A DNA stretch of 54,948 nt, filler included, from Barthelona sp. PAP020 (lineage: Eukaryota), in the NCBI GenBank assembly GCA_040182905.1. It is 2 parts of 2 records of this genome, joined end to end, with 100 filler letters (N's around TTAATTAATTAA, not from the genome) between each part and the next. Parts side by side here need not be neighbours in the genome. Positions count along the whole stretch, not along the records: positions 26,828 to 54,948 come from JARQWU010000018.1; 1 more part is not named here. The stretch is one strand, 5' to 3'. The notes under the pieces were generated by a model, which was given only the letters and a program-made list of their open reading frames with translations, was not told the DNA's origin and did no database searches. The position numbers and the translations under genes are program-made. Positions 42,810 through 53,380 of this stretch are shown piece after piece (position 1 is the stretch's first letter; every line of letters starts with the position of its first letter).

Positions 42810-43125
42810 ATTAAAAAAAATTGTTTGAAAAAAAAATTGAAGGAATGAAAAATTGTTATCTTTCCGATAAAAAGAAAATTGAAACCATTAATTTCATGCA
42901 AACAATTTATTAACAAATAAATTTTGAAAAAAAAAAATATGAAATAAGACTTTATTGAACTTTTCCGTAAAGAGACTCCATAAAACATCCCAATTGAGTG
43001 ACGACAGCAAACACTCAAAACTGATATCAACTGGTTGGTAAGTTGGAAGACACAAGACTTATTTGAGAAACATAAAGAATCGTTCTCAAAATACTTATTC
43101 GTGATCCTCATATCGAACATTTACC

Positions 43126-43135
43126 NNNNNNNNNN
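43126..43135. other. Assembly gap (10 N)
   Basis: Run of N interrupting a CDS. Confidence 0.99.
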
Positions 43136-43417
43136 AATACGAGCTTTTACACCAGTAATAATTTCAGGCAATTCAACGTAATTAGGTAATTCATTGTATA
43201 AAGAACCTTGCAATTTCGCTTCATTATACCAAGAAATTCTAAAAAGATTAGCAGGATCAATATCCCAAACACCTAATTCAGTTAAACGTTGTTTAATAGA
43301 GTCAGGAATCAATTTTGGATTTTTTAATTGTTCATATGTGGGTAAATAAATGTTGTTGTTTTTAGCATTTTGAACGGCAGATTCAAATTTTTCTGTGCTG
43401 TTAATGAAATCAGTCAT
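43136..43417 (-). CDS. Bacterial-type PLP-dependent enzyme (fold type II, 'subunit beta' family), 5' fragment cut by the gap
   Basis: IYLPTYEQLKNPKLIPDSIKQRLTELGVWDIDPANLFRISWYNE...NYVELPEIITGVKARI matches, from recall, the N-terminus of an anaerobic-bacterial cysteine-synthase-like PLP family. The catalytic Lys region would lie in the gap. Confidence 0.7.
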
Positions 43418-43825
43418 GCCAGAAGTAAAAAAGGATTGAGTGAATATTTCAAACAAATTCAATCAAAAACATCTAAAATTTTCACTTTTTTATTAATTTT
43501 CCCTTATATTTTTACAAAAGAACATAAACTCACACAATTGAAAAAACAATGGAAAAGAAGAAAAAGACCCGAACAAAATCCAACAATCTAATTTCAATCC
43601 ATCACTCTATTAAAGACATTTGAATAACAAAAAACAAACAAACTGTCTCAATTAAAAAAAAGAAAGCACACTTTTTAAAGATTGTGTGAAACTTTTTGAA
43701 ATGTGACTTCTTTGAATTTAAAAGATATATTCATCTTAAAAAGTCCTCCAATAAGATAAAATAATACTTCAAAAATAAAGATAAAAATACAAAACTATAA
43801 ATTGAAGAAAAAGGAGGATACCTAT

Positions 43826-46800
43826 TTATTCGAATGAATATTCATTTCTTTTTGGATTAGAATATGTACGTGGAACATAATTTTTAGAACATTCAATATT
43901 CTTTTTGATTTCATCACAGTGTTTTTCCAAATTTTCTTTCAAAGCAGTTTCACGTTTTTTTCTATTGTCTAAAGCCTCAATTAAACTCTCTAACGAATCT
44001 TCTGTGTTAAAATACGTAAGAATTTCTGTATTCTTTGGGGTTGTTTGATATTCTTTGTTTTTGGTAAAATTTTCATGCAATGACAAATATTTTGGATTGT
44101 TTTCTTTCAAATCTTCAACAAATTTCTCATCTTTTAAATTTTCTTCCGTAATTGTCGCTGAATCAAAAAGATAATCATCAATATCACTAGAATGATAATT
44201 TTCTTTTTCAAAGACCTTTAGAATTTCAGTCAACCTATCAACAATGACTAAATTCGGTAAACCCTGCAAGATGTAATATTTTCGATAATATCTATCATAA
44301 CCCAAAATAATAGGTCTTAAAATATTTGCTTCAAGTATTTTTTGCTCAAAATCTTTTTGAACAATTGATAAATTTTCCTTCAATAATCTTTTTAAATCAT
44401 TTTTTCTTTCTTTTTCTTCATTTTCATCTTTCTCCTTCTGTTCATCCTTTAACTGTTCTTTAAATTCCAGTTTCAGTTTATTTTCCTCAACATTCATATC
44501 ATTTTTGATCTTAGATATTTCTTGAAGAACCTTATCAACTTTCTCTCTTATTTCGCTATTGAATAATACATTTTGAAACAAATAATGCAATGTAAGAAAT
44601 TTTGTCATTGGAGAAATCTCTTCATATTGATCAATAACATACGCAATTTGATAGAGTTTATAGCTTCGATTCAAACCATACTCCAGTGGTGTATCATCAT
44701 ATTCAATAATAGGCAATTCCTTTTGTGATTTTTTAAGAGGAACTCTTTTCTTGCTTTTCTTTTTCAAAGGAGTAATGGGTTCCAACAATGCTTGCATTAA
44801 TCCTGAATCACTGTCATCTGTTAATTTTCTTTTGTTCTTCTCTGACTTTCTGTTGCGATTTCTTTGTGTTCTTGGGTCAACATAGTCTTCATCACTGTCC
44901 CAATCACTGACTGAAAAATCACCAACTTTTGCATGTCGTTTATTGTTTGACTTAGGTTCAAATTCCTCCTCAGATTCCTCCTCAGAACTTGCTAATTTTT
45001 TGGAAACTTTTGTTTTGATTTTTTCATTAGCCGAACGGCCAAACGTAAAATCTTCGGTGTCACTAACAACTGAATTATAATCATTGTCTTCTTCTTCTTC
45101 TTCTTCTTCTTCTTCTTCAATTTCACCTTCCATTTCTTCTTCCAAATCTAAATGAGTATTAGGACCTTCAGTAAAGGCAGTATCCCACAAATAATCAGGA
45201 AATTCAAAATCTTCATCCAACAAAGAAACAAATTTTATGACATTTTCATTTCTGCTGTAATTGCCGTTTTTGAAGTTATCTGTCGCTTCTTTTCTCCAAA
45301 CAGTAACTGTCTTAATTTCATCTTTCAATTTATTAAACACCATCTCAGCCAAGGAATCTGTCTCACTTTGGTTTCTTAAAAAAGAGTACAAATGCTGTAA
45401 CCATGTTCCTGGAGTAATGTTATTACACTTCGCTTCATATTCATCATTTTCTCCAAAAGTCAACTCAATAAAACTGATAAATATTTCAGTGATCAAAATA
45501 TTGACTTGTCTACTATTTAAAGCATCAAAAAATTGGTCAATTGTAAAGTCTTTATTCAACATAAGACAATCTTCAAAGCATTGGATAAAACTATAGATTT
45601 CCAACATTTGACGTAACATATATTGAGGAATTTTCCAAGATGTTTCGGGAATGGGCAAATCATTACCCTTAACAATAATATTTTGCTCTTCCAAAAACAT
45701 CACATCTTCATCTAATATTGGAAATTTCGGGTCCAATTTGTCAAAAATTTCAGATGAAGGTAATCTGACCTGATGAGCTGGCAATTTCGGTAACAACTGC
45801 TTTTTTGGAGTAACAGGTGGAGAGCTCATGATTTGTTTGACTGGTATTTTATTTCTTGAATCTTGAGGCATAGTTCCCTGTGCTAATAAAGGCTCTTTCT
45901 TTTTATCTGGATAAGAAACGTTTTTAGCTGCTGAAATTTGCTTTTTTAATGTGTCTTTTGCAACAATTAGTGTCTTAAACCATTCAAAAAACAGGGATAT
46001 ATCATCAACCATCAAATTCAATTTACTTTTGTCTCGTTCCAAATGAGTGGGTGGTTGATCCATTGATTTGATTATCTCTATATGTTTATGAAGAATGACT
46101 TGAAATTTACCCAAAGAAACTTCGAAATTAAGCATGCTCGAAAACCGAATTTGCTCAAAACAATTGAAAAACCACAATAGTTGCCTATGCTGAAGGAAAA
46201 GATTCTTTTCCAATTCAGACAGACTGTTCATCCATAAATCCAGTTTGCTTGCATCCTTGAGAACATCATTTGCTTGGAACAAAGTGTTTTTCACCTGAAA
46301 GAATAACGTATTCTGATTATTGATCATTTTGTTCAAAAAATTCAAAAAAGCAAATTCCTTTGGCAATTGATTAGATGCAACAGTTTGTCTATATTTTTTG
46401 AAAGTGTTCTCAATTGGCTTTTGAACTTGTTGATTTTCCATTTTGGCCACAGATTCAGAAGAAGAACCTTTATTCTTCTGAGACAACGTCTCAGTATCGG
46501 ATAGTTCAATAACTTCATTGTTTTCATCATTACTTTCCTTTTTGAGGAATATGGATGAGGTTGATGATGGTGCTGATGATGGAGCTGGGGCTAAGATTCT
46601 CTTACTTTCGTTTAAACCTGAAGATCCTTTCTTTGACTCCTCAAATTCAGTTTTCTTTACCATATTTTGAATAGCCAAAGAATCTTTCATTAAATACTTG
46701 TATGTCCATACCAATACATTCTTTTTAGAAAACAAAGGTTTGTTGGGAAGAACATTTGAACTCTTCAGCAAAACAACAGATCCTGCGTCCATACTTTCGG

Positions 46801-47371
46801 AATCTTCTAATAATTCAACACGATAATTTTCAGGAAATTCATCTAATGGCTCATTTTTAGCATCGTTGATCTGTTCGACAATATTTAAAGATTTATCAAT
46901 TTCCTTTCTTCTAAACCCTATAACCTTTACTGGCACGTTCTGTTGACCTTCTTTATACGTGGCACTGCGTCCAGGAAGACATAAATTATGAAATTGGTCA
47001 TAGACAGTTGCCACAAAATCCAAAAAAATGTTACTCCCTGATTCATTGTTCTTAACAGCATTAACATTGTTATTTACGTTATGTTTGGCCAAATAATTTT
47101 CAAAAAGAGATATAAAACAAAATGGTATTGGACTAATATTGTTTATGTCTTCAATTTCACAATCATAAGCTTCTTTGAATGTCATTTTGTAATCAATATC
47201 AAATATTGTACTATAAATAGGATGTTTTAGTTCAAGAAATCTCAAAACATAGTCTTCATAAGACTGAAAAATTTCATTCGTGAGGATATTTCTGTAAATA
47301 TATTCATTCTTTTCTTCAATTGATTTGTTTAAAGATAAATTAACACATAAATTTCCATTTAATAAAGGCAT
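43826..47371 (-). CDS. ISWI-associated ACF1/BAZ1A/Itc1-like protein (WAC, DDT, WHIM/WSD; no PHD or bromodomain)
   Basis: WAC: LTNEIFQSYEDYVLRF...MTFKEAYDCE. DDT: MLEIYSFIQCFEDCLML..FTIDQFFDAL. WHIM2: LGYDRYYRKYY. WHIM3: LESLIEALDNRKKRETALKENL. Confidence 0.88.
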   Translation of the reverse strand: MPLLNGNLCVNLSLNKSIEEKNEYIYRNILTNEIFQSYEDYVLRFLELKHPIYSTIFDIDYKMTFKEAYDCEIEDINNISPIPFCFISLFENYLAKHNVNNNVNAVKNNESGSNIFLDFVATVYDQFHNLCLPGRSATYKEGQQNVPVKVIGFRRKEIDKSLNIVEQINDAKNEPLDEFPENYRVELLEDSESMDAGSVVLLKSSNVLPNKPLFSKKNVLVWTYKYLMKDSLAIQNMVKKTEFEESKKGSSGLNESKRILAPAPSSAPSSTSSIFLKKESNDENNEVIELSDTETLSQKNKGSSSESVAKMENQQVQKPIENTFKKYRQTVASNQLPKEFAFLNFLNKMINNQNTLFFQVKNTLFQANDVLKDASKLDLWMNSLSELEKNLFLQHRQLLWFFNCFEQIRFSSMLNFEVSLGKFQVILHKHIEIIKSMDQPPTHLERDKSKLNLMVDDISLFFEWFKTLIVAKDTLKKQISAAKNVSYPDKKKEPLLAQGTMPQDSRNKIPVKQIMSSPPVTPKKQLLPKLPAHQVRLPSSEIFDKLDPKFPILDEDVMFLEEQNIIVKGNDLPIPETSWKIPQYMLRQMLEIYSFIQCFEDCLMLNKDFTIDQFFDALNSRQVNILITEIFISFIELTFGENDEYEAKCNNITPGTWLQHLYSFLRNQSETDSLAEMVFNKLKDEIKTVTVWRKEATDNFKNGNYSRNENVIKFVSLLDEDFEFPDYLWDTAFTEGPNTHLDLEEEMEGEIEEEEEEEEEEDNDYNSVVSDTEDFTFGRSANEKIKTKVSKKLASSEEESEEEFEPKSNNKRHAKVGDFSVSDWDSDEDYVDPRTQRNRNRKSEKNKRKLTDDSDSGLMQALLEPITPLKKKSKKRVPLKKSQKELPIIEYDDTPLEYGLNRSYKLYQIAYVIDQYEEISPMTKFLTLHYLFQNVLFNSEIREKVDKVLQEISKIKNDMNVEENKLKLEFKEQLKDEQKEKDENEEKERKNDLKRLLKENLSIVQKDFEQKILEANILRPIILGYDRYYRKYYILQGLPNLVIVDRLTEILKVFEKENYHSSDIDDYLFDSATITEENLKDEKFVEDLKENNPKYLSLHENFTKNKEYQTTPKNTEILTYFNTEDSLESLIEALDNRKKRETALKENLEKHCDEIKKNIECSKNYVPRTYSNPKRNEYSFE

Positions 47372-47686
47372 TACATGAAAAAAAATAAAAAACTCTCAAT
47401 CAATTCATTTGTGTTTTGGTTAATAAGAAATTTGGTTGATTAATTTTTACCAAACTGATTTATAATGTGTTGATATTTGGATCAACGATGAAATTTTGAA
47501 ACAGCATGCTCGATATGGATCATTGTTTAAAATTCCACTACTTGATGAAAGTATCCCAACAATGATTAAATCAATATTATTGAACCCCTCTTTGGTCTAC
47601 TTCATAAATAATAAACAATAAATAATTTATTGTGAAAACTGTACAAAATATTCAAAAAAAAAGACTAAAAGCAACAACTTTTTCCA

Positions 47687-48244
47687 CTAAAGCGGTGGCT
47701 TTTTTCCAATAGGAACAAGGTAATTTGGTCCAAATGTGTTAAAATAAAAAAATTGTGACTCAAAATGATTAATATCAAAAATTCTGCTGTCACAAGGAAT
47801 ATTAGGTGGGGCTTCATACTCTAATTCTGGAAATGGATCTTGTTGATTAAAACAATAATATTCAATGAGTTGACATGTTGCAATGCGATTTTGACGGCGA
47901 GATCTAGGGCAAATATATATATATTTTCCCAAAAAGTTCCACCACAATGGAAATTGTAAACTATAAACATTGGCAGAATTGTTTTTTTCATTTGTGCAAA
48001 CATTAATCATCAAACCAAAGACTCCAAAATTGTTCAACATGGCATTGTGTTTTAAAGCCTCAAAAATGTCTATTAATTCTTTTGATTGCTCGAACATTGT
48101 TTGTTTGTGACTAAGTCGTTCAATTAAATAAAACCTAAATGATTCACGGTTCCCAGCCATCCATGGCCATTTGGATTTTTTCTTGAATTTAATTCCCATT
48201 AATATGCCTTCCAATTTGAAGACAACATTATCAGAAGAGAACAT
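47687..48244 (-). CDS. Hypothetical protein
   Basis: 185-aa ATG-initiated ORF with balanced composition; no motif recognised. Confidence 0.6.
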   Translation of the reverse strand: MFSSDNVVFKLEGILMGIKFKKKSKWPWMAGNRESFRFYLIERLSHKQTMFEQSKELIDIFEALKHNAMLNNFGVFGLMINVCTNEKNNSANVYSLQFPLWWNFLGKYIYICPRSRRQNRIATCQLIEYYCFNQQDPFPELEYEAPPNIPCDSRIFDINHFESQFFYFNTFGPNYLVPIGKKPPL

Positions 48245-48806
48245 ATAAAAATGGAAAAGAGATCTTAAACGCCAATTCCATAGGATTGCTTTCCAAAAAA
48301 AATTTTTTTTTTTTTTTTGAAATTAGGAATTTTTGTAATGAAGGTCGTAAAATTTGGAAAAAAAAGATATGAATCAATAAAAAAAAAATGTCAATAAAAA
48401 AAAAAAATTTTTCTGATTCGAAAAAAAGTAGGTTTGATGTGGGTTTTTTTTACAATATTTTTTTGAAAATTATTCAAGTGTAAAAAATTTTGCCTTTCAC
48501 CGAAAGGCAAAAAAAAGATAAAAAGAAAGAAATCATTTTCAAAATTTTTCAGTTTCAATGAATTCTTGCATGTTGACCCTGAAAAATCAATCAAAATAAG
48601 AGAAAAAAGCAATTGGAATTCATAAAGGAAAACATTTTTAGATTAAAATATTTCAGTTTTTTATTTATTTCTTCTTGATCCACCTAACAGAAATAATTTT
48701 TTTTTTCTTTTCTTTATATAATTTTCTGATTGTTTTTCATTTGTATGTTAAACAATTGAAAATTTAAATCTAAAATAACTATTTATTACAAAAAGGCTTC
48801 ATTGCA

Positions 48807-49871
48807 CTATTTGACCGCAAAAGTAACAGATTTGTCTGCAATAAAGTTATTGATTGCAATGTCGCTTTTGTTTACAATTCTTTCCATATAAACGTTTGAA
48901 CTGTTGTCAACCTTAGATACACGGTTTACCTTTATAAACACTATCTCTTCCTCATCCATCTTCCGACCCCATCGTGGATTGTAAGGACTCGATATAGCAT
49001 TCATATGTGATCTTCTTACAATACGTGGAAGCTTGTAAATGCGAATCCAATCATGATTGCTATATTCATGCAGCATGCAGAATATATTGTACCCCATGTT
49101 GATCACTTCTCCTGAAATTGCCACTTCTGCATGAATTGCAGCACTAAATGAGTTGTAATGTGCACGAATCAACCCTTTCTTAACCAATGCTTCAAACATT
49201 GATGGTTTCATTACAAGAAAAGGACTTTGAACATGCGGCAAATTCAAATGAGCACAATTGATTGTGGTACCCACAAGTCCAATATTACCAACAAACTTTT
49301 CAGTAAATATTTCCCACCACCGATGCACATAGTCAGTATATTTTTCGAGAAATGGGCCCCGCACAGAACCATTAAACAATATCATCCAATTATAAGTTTT
49401 TTTTGATAAAGTTTCGTGTTCTTTCACAAACTTGCTGCCATCCAAATACGCTCCAAAATCATACCCTTCGTTTGGCCTCTCAATAATATAAACATTCGAG
49501 CACTTCAAAGGATTGAGATTGAGCTTTTCTGCTACTTTGTCTTCAGGAACAAATACGTTTAAAAACACGTAATCAACTCTTGGATCGTTACAATAAACAC
49601 CTTTAGCATAAAAGAATTTGAAATTTATTGGTGAATATTCTTTGATATTGTATATTGCATAGAAAACTAAAACTTTCTCACTCTCTTTGGGTTCTCTCTC
49701 ACTCTCTTTGGGTTCTTCGGTTTTTATTCTTTCAATGTGAAGATCATTGCCAGAATTTTCAAAAGATTTGTCACTTAAAATAATAAAAACTGATATCCCA
49801 CTCATCAGAGATATGGCTAAAATTACAAAAACTATTGTACGAATATCGGTTCTTTTCGTAATATTTTGCAT
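48807..49871 (-). CDS. Type II membrane RgpF-like (rhamnan synthesis F) glycosyltransferase-like protein
   Basis: First ATG at 49871, then a TM segment (IVFVILAISLMSGISVFIIL) and the motifs RPNEGYDFGAY, ILFNGSVRGPF, GLVGTTIN..PHVQS and EVAIS..V...GYNI. Confidence 0.72.
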   Translation of the reverse strand: MQNITKRTDIRTIVFVILAISLMSGISVFIILSDKSFENSGNDLHIERIKTEEPKESEREPKESEKVLVFYAIYNIKEYSPINFKFFYAKGVYCNDPRVDYVFLNVFVPEDKVAEKLNLNPLKCSNVYIIERPNEGYDFGAYLDGSKFVKEHETLSKKTYNWMILFNGSVRGPFLEKYTDYVHRWWEIFTEKFVGNIGLVGTTINCAHLNLPHVQSPFLVMKPSMFEALVKKGLIRAHYNSFSAAIHAEVAISGEVINMGYNIFCMLHEYSNHDWIRIYKLPRIVRRSHMNAISSPYNPRWGRKMDEEEIVFIKVNRVSKVDNSSNVYMERIVNKSDIAINNFIADKSVTFAVK

Positions 49872-50575
49872 AAAATAAGGAAAATTTAAAAGAAAAATAA
49901 TTATCAACAAGGAAAAGAAGTTTGACAATTAAAAAAAAAAATAGCAAACCAGTTCTAACCTGTGGAAAGAAACTCAATAAAACAAAATAAAACAAAAGAG
50001 CTCAAATCAAAAAGATAATTGGCAAACACTTTGCCAAATTTCTATTTTTTGTCTTTTCTTGAACAAAAAACTTCTCTAAACTTTATTATTGTTCTAAATT
50101 AATGATATGTCAGAACAAATCATATGATTAAATCTTTCAAAAATAATTGGATTTGAAGCTTTAAATGATATCACTTATTTTTTGTAAGGCCGTTTGATGT
50201 ATTACTTTTAATGTGGGAACACCTGCGAAAAAAAAAGATTTTTACTGACAATGACAAAATGTTGTGGCTTTATTTTTTTTTTTTTTTAATCTTTTTTAAA
50301 ATTCAACCAAATTTAATATTTATGCAATTTTGTGTTATTTTTCAATTTCAAAAACAAAATTTTTTTGAAATTCTTTGAGTTATTGTGGGAATGTGCAAGA
50401 AACATTGGTAAAAAGAATTTTATGAAAAGAAAAGGAGTTTTTTGATGTTAAAGCCTTTAAAAGAAAAATTTATTGGAAATCAAAAGTCAAAATCCCGGGA
50501 AATTGCTTCGAAAGATTTTTTTTTCCATAATCTCTTCCATTATTTTTTTTTTTAAAGAATATTTATTTTATTATC

Positions 50576-52162
50576 ATGGACAATAAGGAAGAAAAAGTTG
50601 AAGCTAATGAAAAAGAAAAGTTGACATTACGTAATTGTACCTATCAACAAATTTTTAATGTCATCTATCGAGAGTGGTCATCCAAAATTTCTATATTTAA
50701 AACTGAAAAGCCAAATGAATTTGCATTGGAAAATGAAAATTTGAGATTGGTTTTTGACAAACATTTAATTAAAGAATCTGGTAATGATCTTATAATTACA
50801 ACCAAGGATAACATTGTGATTAGAATTTTGGGGAAGAAAAAAGAGTTTCTTGACTTTTTGAAGAACTTTAAAGAGACAGACAAATCGAATTCTCCAAAGG
50901 AAGAAGAAGATTTAACTGAACAATTTGATTCTTTCCGGGAACCCCAAGTTGATCGCGAAAACGTTGAAGATGAAAAACCTCACGTTGATGTACTGGTTGA
51001 ATCTTTATCAGTAAAAGAGGAAAATGGTCCTGAAAATTCGTCTGAAAATCCGTTGGAGCCTGTAAATTGCGGGCAATTTAATTTCTTAAATATTGGCATG
51101 ATGAACGATGAAACAAGGAATGGATATATTTCGGGTATGAGAGGAGTAGCAAAGTATGAAATCGTTAATGAAAATAATGACCCAAATATTCAATTTAACA
51201 TTGTTTTTAATTTTCCAAACGATGTGTTAGTCGATCCTGAAAATACTCTTTGTGATGTTTTGTTAGTTAGAGAAGAAACTAAACTACAAATTATGATGTC
51301 AAAAAATGTTTATTTATTAGATATTAATCCTGTTGATGGGCTTAATCGTTTTCAGTCCATCCGCGACAATACTGTCGGTCGTTTAAATAAAAAAGTACTT
51401 CGTATTTTCAGTCTCTTGAAATATAATCAAATTGAAAATACTGAAGAAATTTTGGGATTAACTAAAAATGGTTGTATGAGGTTTAGTAGTAATAATAATA
51501 ATGATTGGCTTGGAGTAGGTCTTTCAAAACAATCTCGCAAGTTTTGTTGTGCTGCATCACCAGTATCTAGTGGTGATAATGAGGATAATAATTACGTTTT
51601 GGGTTCAACTGATGGCAAATATCGATTTTTTTCAGATTCAAATTTTGCATTTGCAACCAATAGATTTGGGTTGAACAATAAAGGACCTATCATTGGTTTA
51701 GATATTAACTCTGATCAACACCAAGTTGTGATCACAACATCTAAACATGTGATATTACACTGTACCGTGTTCAATGATTCTGATAATAACATAACCACAT
51801 GGTTTAAAAAGAATCAGAGGTTGAACAGAAGACAACCATATAAAAACTTAAATTATAATGGATGTGATGAAAAAGATGATTATTCCTTTACCCGAGCTAG
51901 ATTTAATTGGGGAAATGGAATAGAAGAATTCGTCATTTCTTCTTATAACACTTTTATTCTCATTTGGAAATTAGCAGAATGTACTAATGAGGACAATGAT
52001 GTTCATAAGGTGATAGACGTTGGAAGTTTTGTCATTGACTGTCAATTCATATTTAACAGCACCAGTGAAATTGTTTGCTTGACTAATACCAGTCTTATTT
52101 ATTTGAAATTGGAGGAAAGAGAATGGCAAATAAAAGCTGAAGAAATTCTTCCAACCTTTTGA
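50576..52162 (+). CDS. VID27: Vid27/CYPRO4-like WD40 protein
   Basis: FCCAAS...VLGSTDGKYRFFS, GPIIGLDINSDQHQVVITTSKHVIL and FTRARFNWGNGIEEFVISSYNTFILIW follow the Vid27 C-terminal consensus. Confidence 0.78.
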   Translation: MDNKEEKVEANEKEKLTLRNCTYQQIFNVIYREWSSKISIFKTEKPNEFALENENLRLVFDKHLIKESGNDLIITTKDNIVIRILGKKKEFLDFLKNFKETDKSNSPKEEEDLTEQFDSFREPQVDRENVEDEKPHVDVLVESLSVKEENGPENSSENPLEPVNCGQFNFLNIGMMNDETRNGYISGMRGVAKYEIVNENNDPNIQFNIVFNFPNDVLVDPENTLCDVLLVREETKLQIMMSKNVYLLDINPVDGLNRFQSIRDNTVGRLNKKVLRIFSLLKYNQIENTEEILGLTKNGCMRFSSNNNNDWLGVGLSKQSRKFCCAASPVSSGDNEDNNYVLGSTDGKYRFFSDSNFAFATNRFGLNNKGPIIGLDINSDQHQVVITTSKHVILHCTVFNDSDNNITTWFKKNQRLNRRQPYKNLNYNGCDEKDDYSFTRARFNWGNGIEEFVISSYNTFILIWKLAECTNEDNDVHKVIDVGSFVIDCQFIFNSTSEIVCLTNTSLIYLKLEEREWQIKAEEILPTF

Positions 52163-52835
52163 ACTCAATAAAACATCCAAGATGTGAAGTATAAAAAATG
52201 TGTGTTATTTACTTTATTATTTTTTCAAATTGACTCATCTACAATTGTATTTGGTCAAATTTTTGGGGGGCATGTTATCCCAGCACAGAAACCCCAACGT
52301 TGCTTTATGTTGCAATTTTCCCTCAAACAGAAGGACAAATTTTTTTTTTTTGCTGTTTCACATCGCTGTTCTAAAAGCACATATCCATCAACTGAAACAC
52401 AATATTCAAGGAATCATCTTTGTTTTCCCTTTAAAGGGCCCTAAATTTTGTATTATTGTCTTTGTCCTCATTTTGGTCATCTTTTGACAACAAACGGTAA
52501 AAATAAATAGTCAACGAATATCTACTTTCTTTCAGACAGAATTTGTCTTTACATCACTCAATTATTGAAAGGACTTCATTTACAGCTCATTTAAAATTGC
52601 CGAGCTTGAAAAATTGGATGACGACTAACCGTTTGAAAATAAAGAAAAAAAAAATAAAATGTAAAGATTTTACAAACATTTTCATAAAGAAGACATGTAT
52701 AACCCACATATAGGACATTAGTTAAGATACAAGCATTACTCGGAGAGTTCAAAAAAAGTCGAAGAAACTTCAGATAGGACCTCAAACATAGAGATAACGT
52801 CAAAGAGAACACTTCTTTACTTCAAGAATCCTGAA

Positions 52836-53285
52836 TTTAATCCTTTAGGTCGCATTCTTTTTATTTGGGTGTCCAACATCCCAAAATCTTCGTTATTGAA
52901 AAACTTCTAACTATACTAAGCCCAACGTAATGGGTTAACATAAAAATAAAAGTCTTTTAAATTTACGAAAATACAACTTGAGAAGCGAGGAGGTTTTTTC
53001 TTGCAGAAAACCAATTTTTCAACTCCTAAAGGAATTAACCTTTGGTTGATTCCGATTAGTGATCAAGACTTATTTATGGGAAAATTCAAAATCTTCACTT
53101 CTTTATTCTGAAGCCACGCAGCCATACTCTTGCAGTACCCTAAGGAAGTGGTGCTGAGACATCGGTGCTCCCAGTTGTTCGCTGAATAAGAAGCTAGGCA
53201 GTCAAATTTCTGGCTAACTGCCCTTCTCTTTTTTTTTTTTTAATTTTGAGAGCCGTGGAGGTTCCCTTACATCCAGTCGTTTCTT
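52836..53285 (+). ncRNA. Candidate structured RNA or mobile-element relic (unidentified)
   Basis: Several stems in a GC-elevated block without a long ORF (see findings). Confidence 0.25.
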
Positions 53286-53380
53286 TCATGGGTTGATTCT
53301 TTTCTCCCAAACCATAGAGTTGTAAATTTCCTGTTTTATTATTACAAGAAAAAAGAACTGTTTTTACAAATGCTTGATTA

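Noticed and set aside
53140..53200. GGTGCTGAGA resembling a TPP riboswitch
   Set aside because: The downstream CCTGA..GATAATGC..CGTAGG core is missing.
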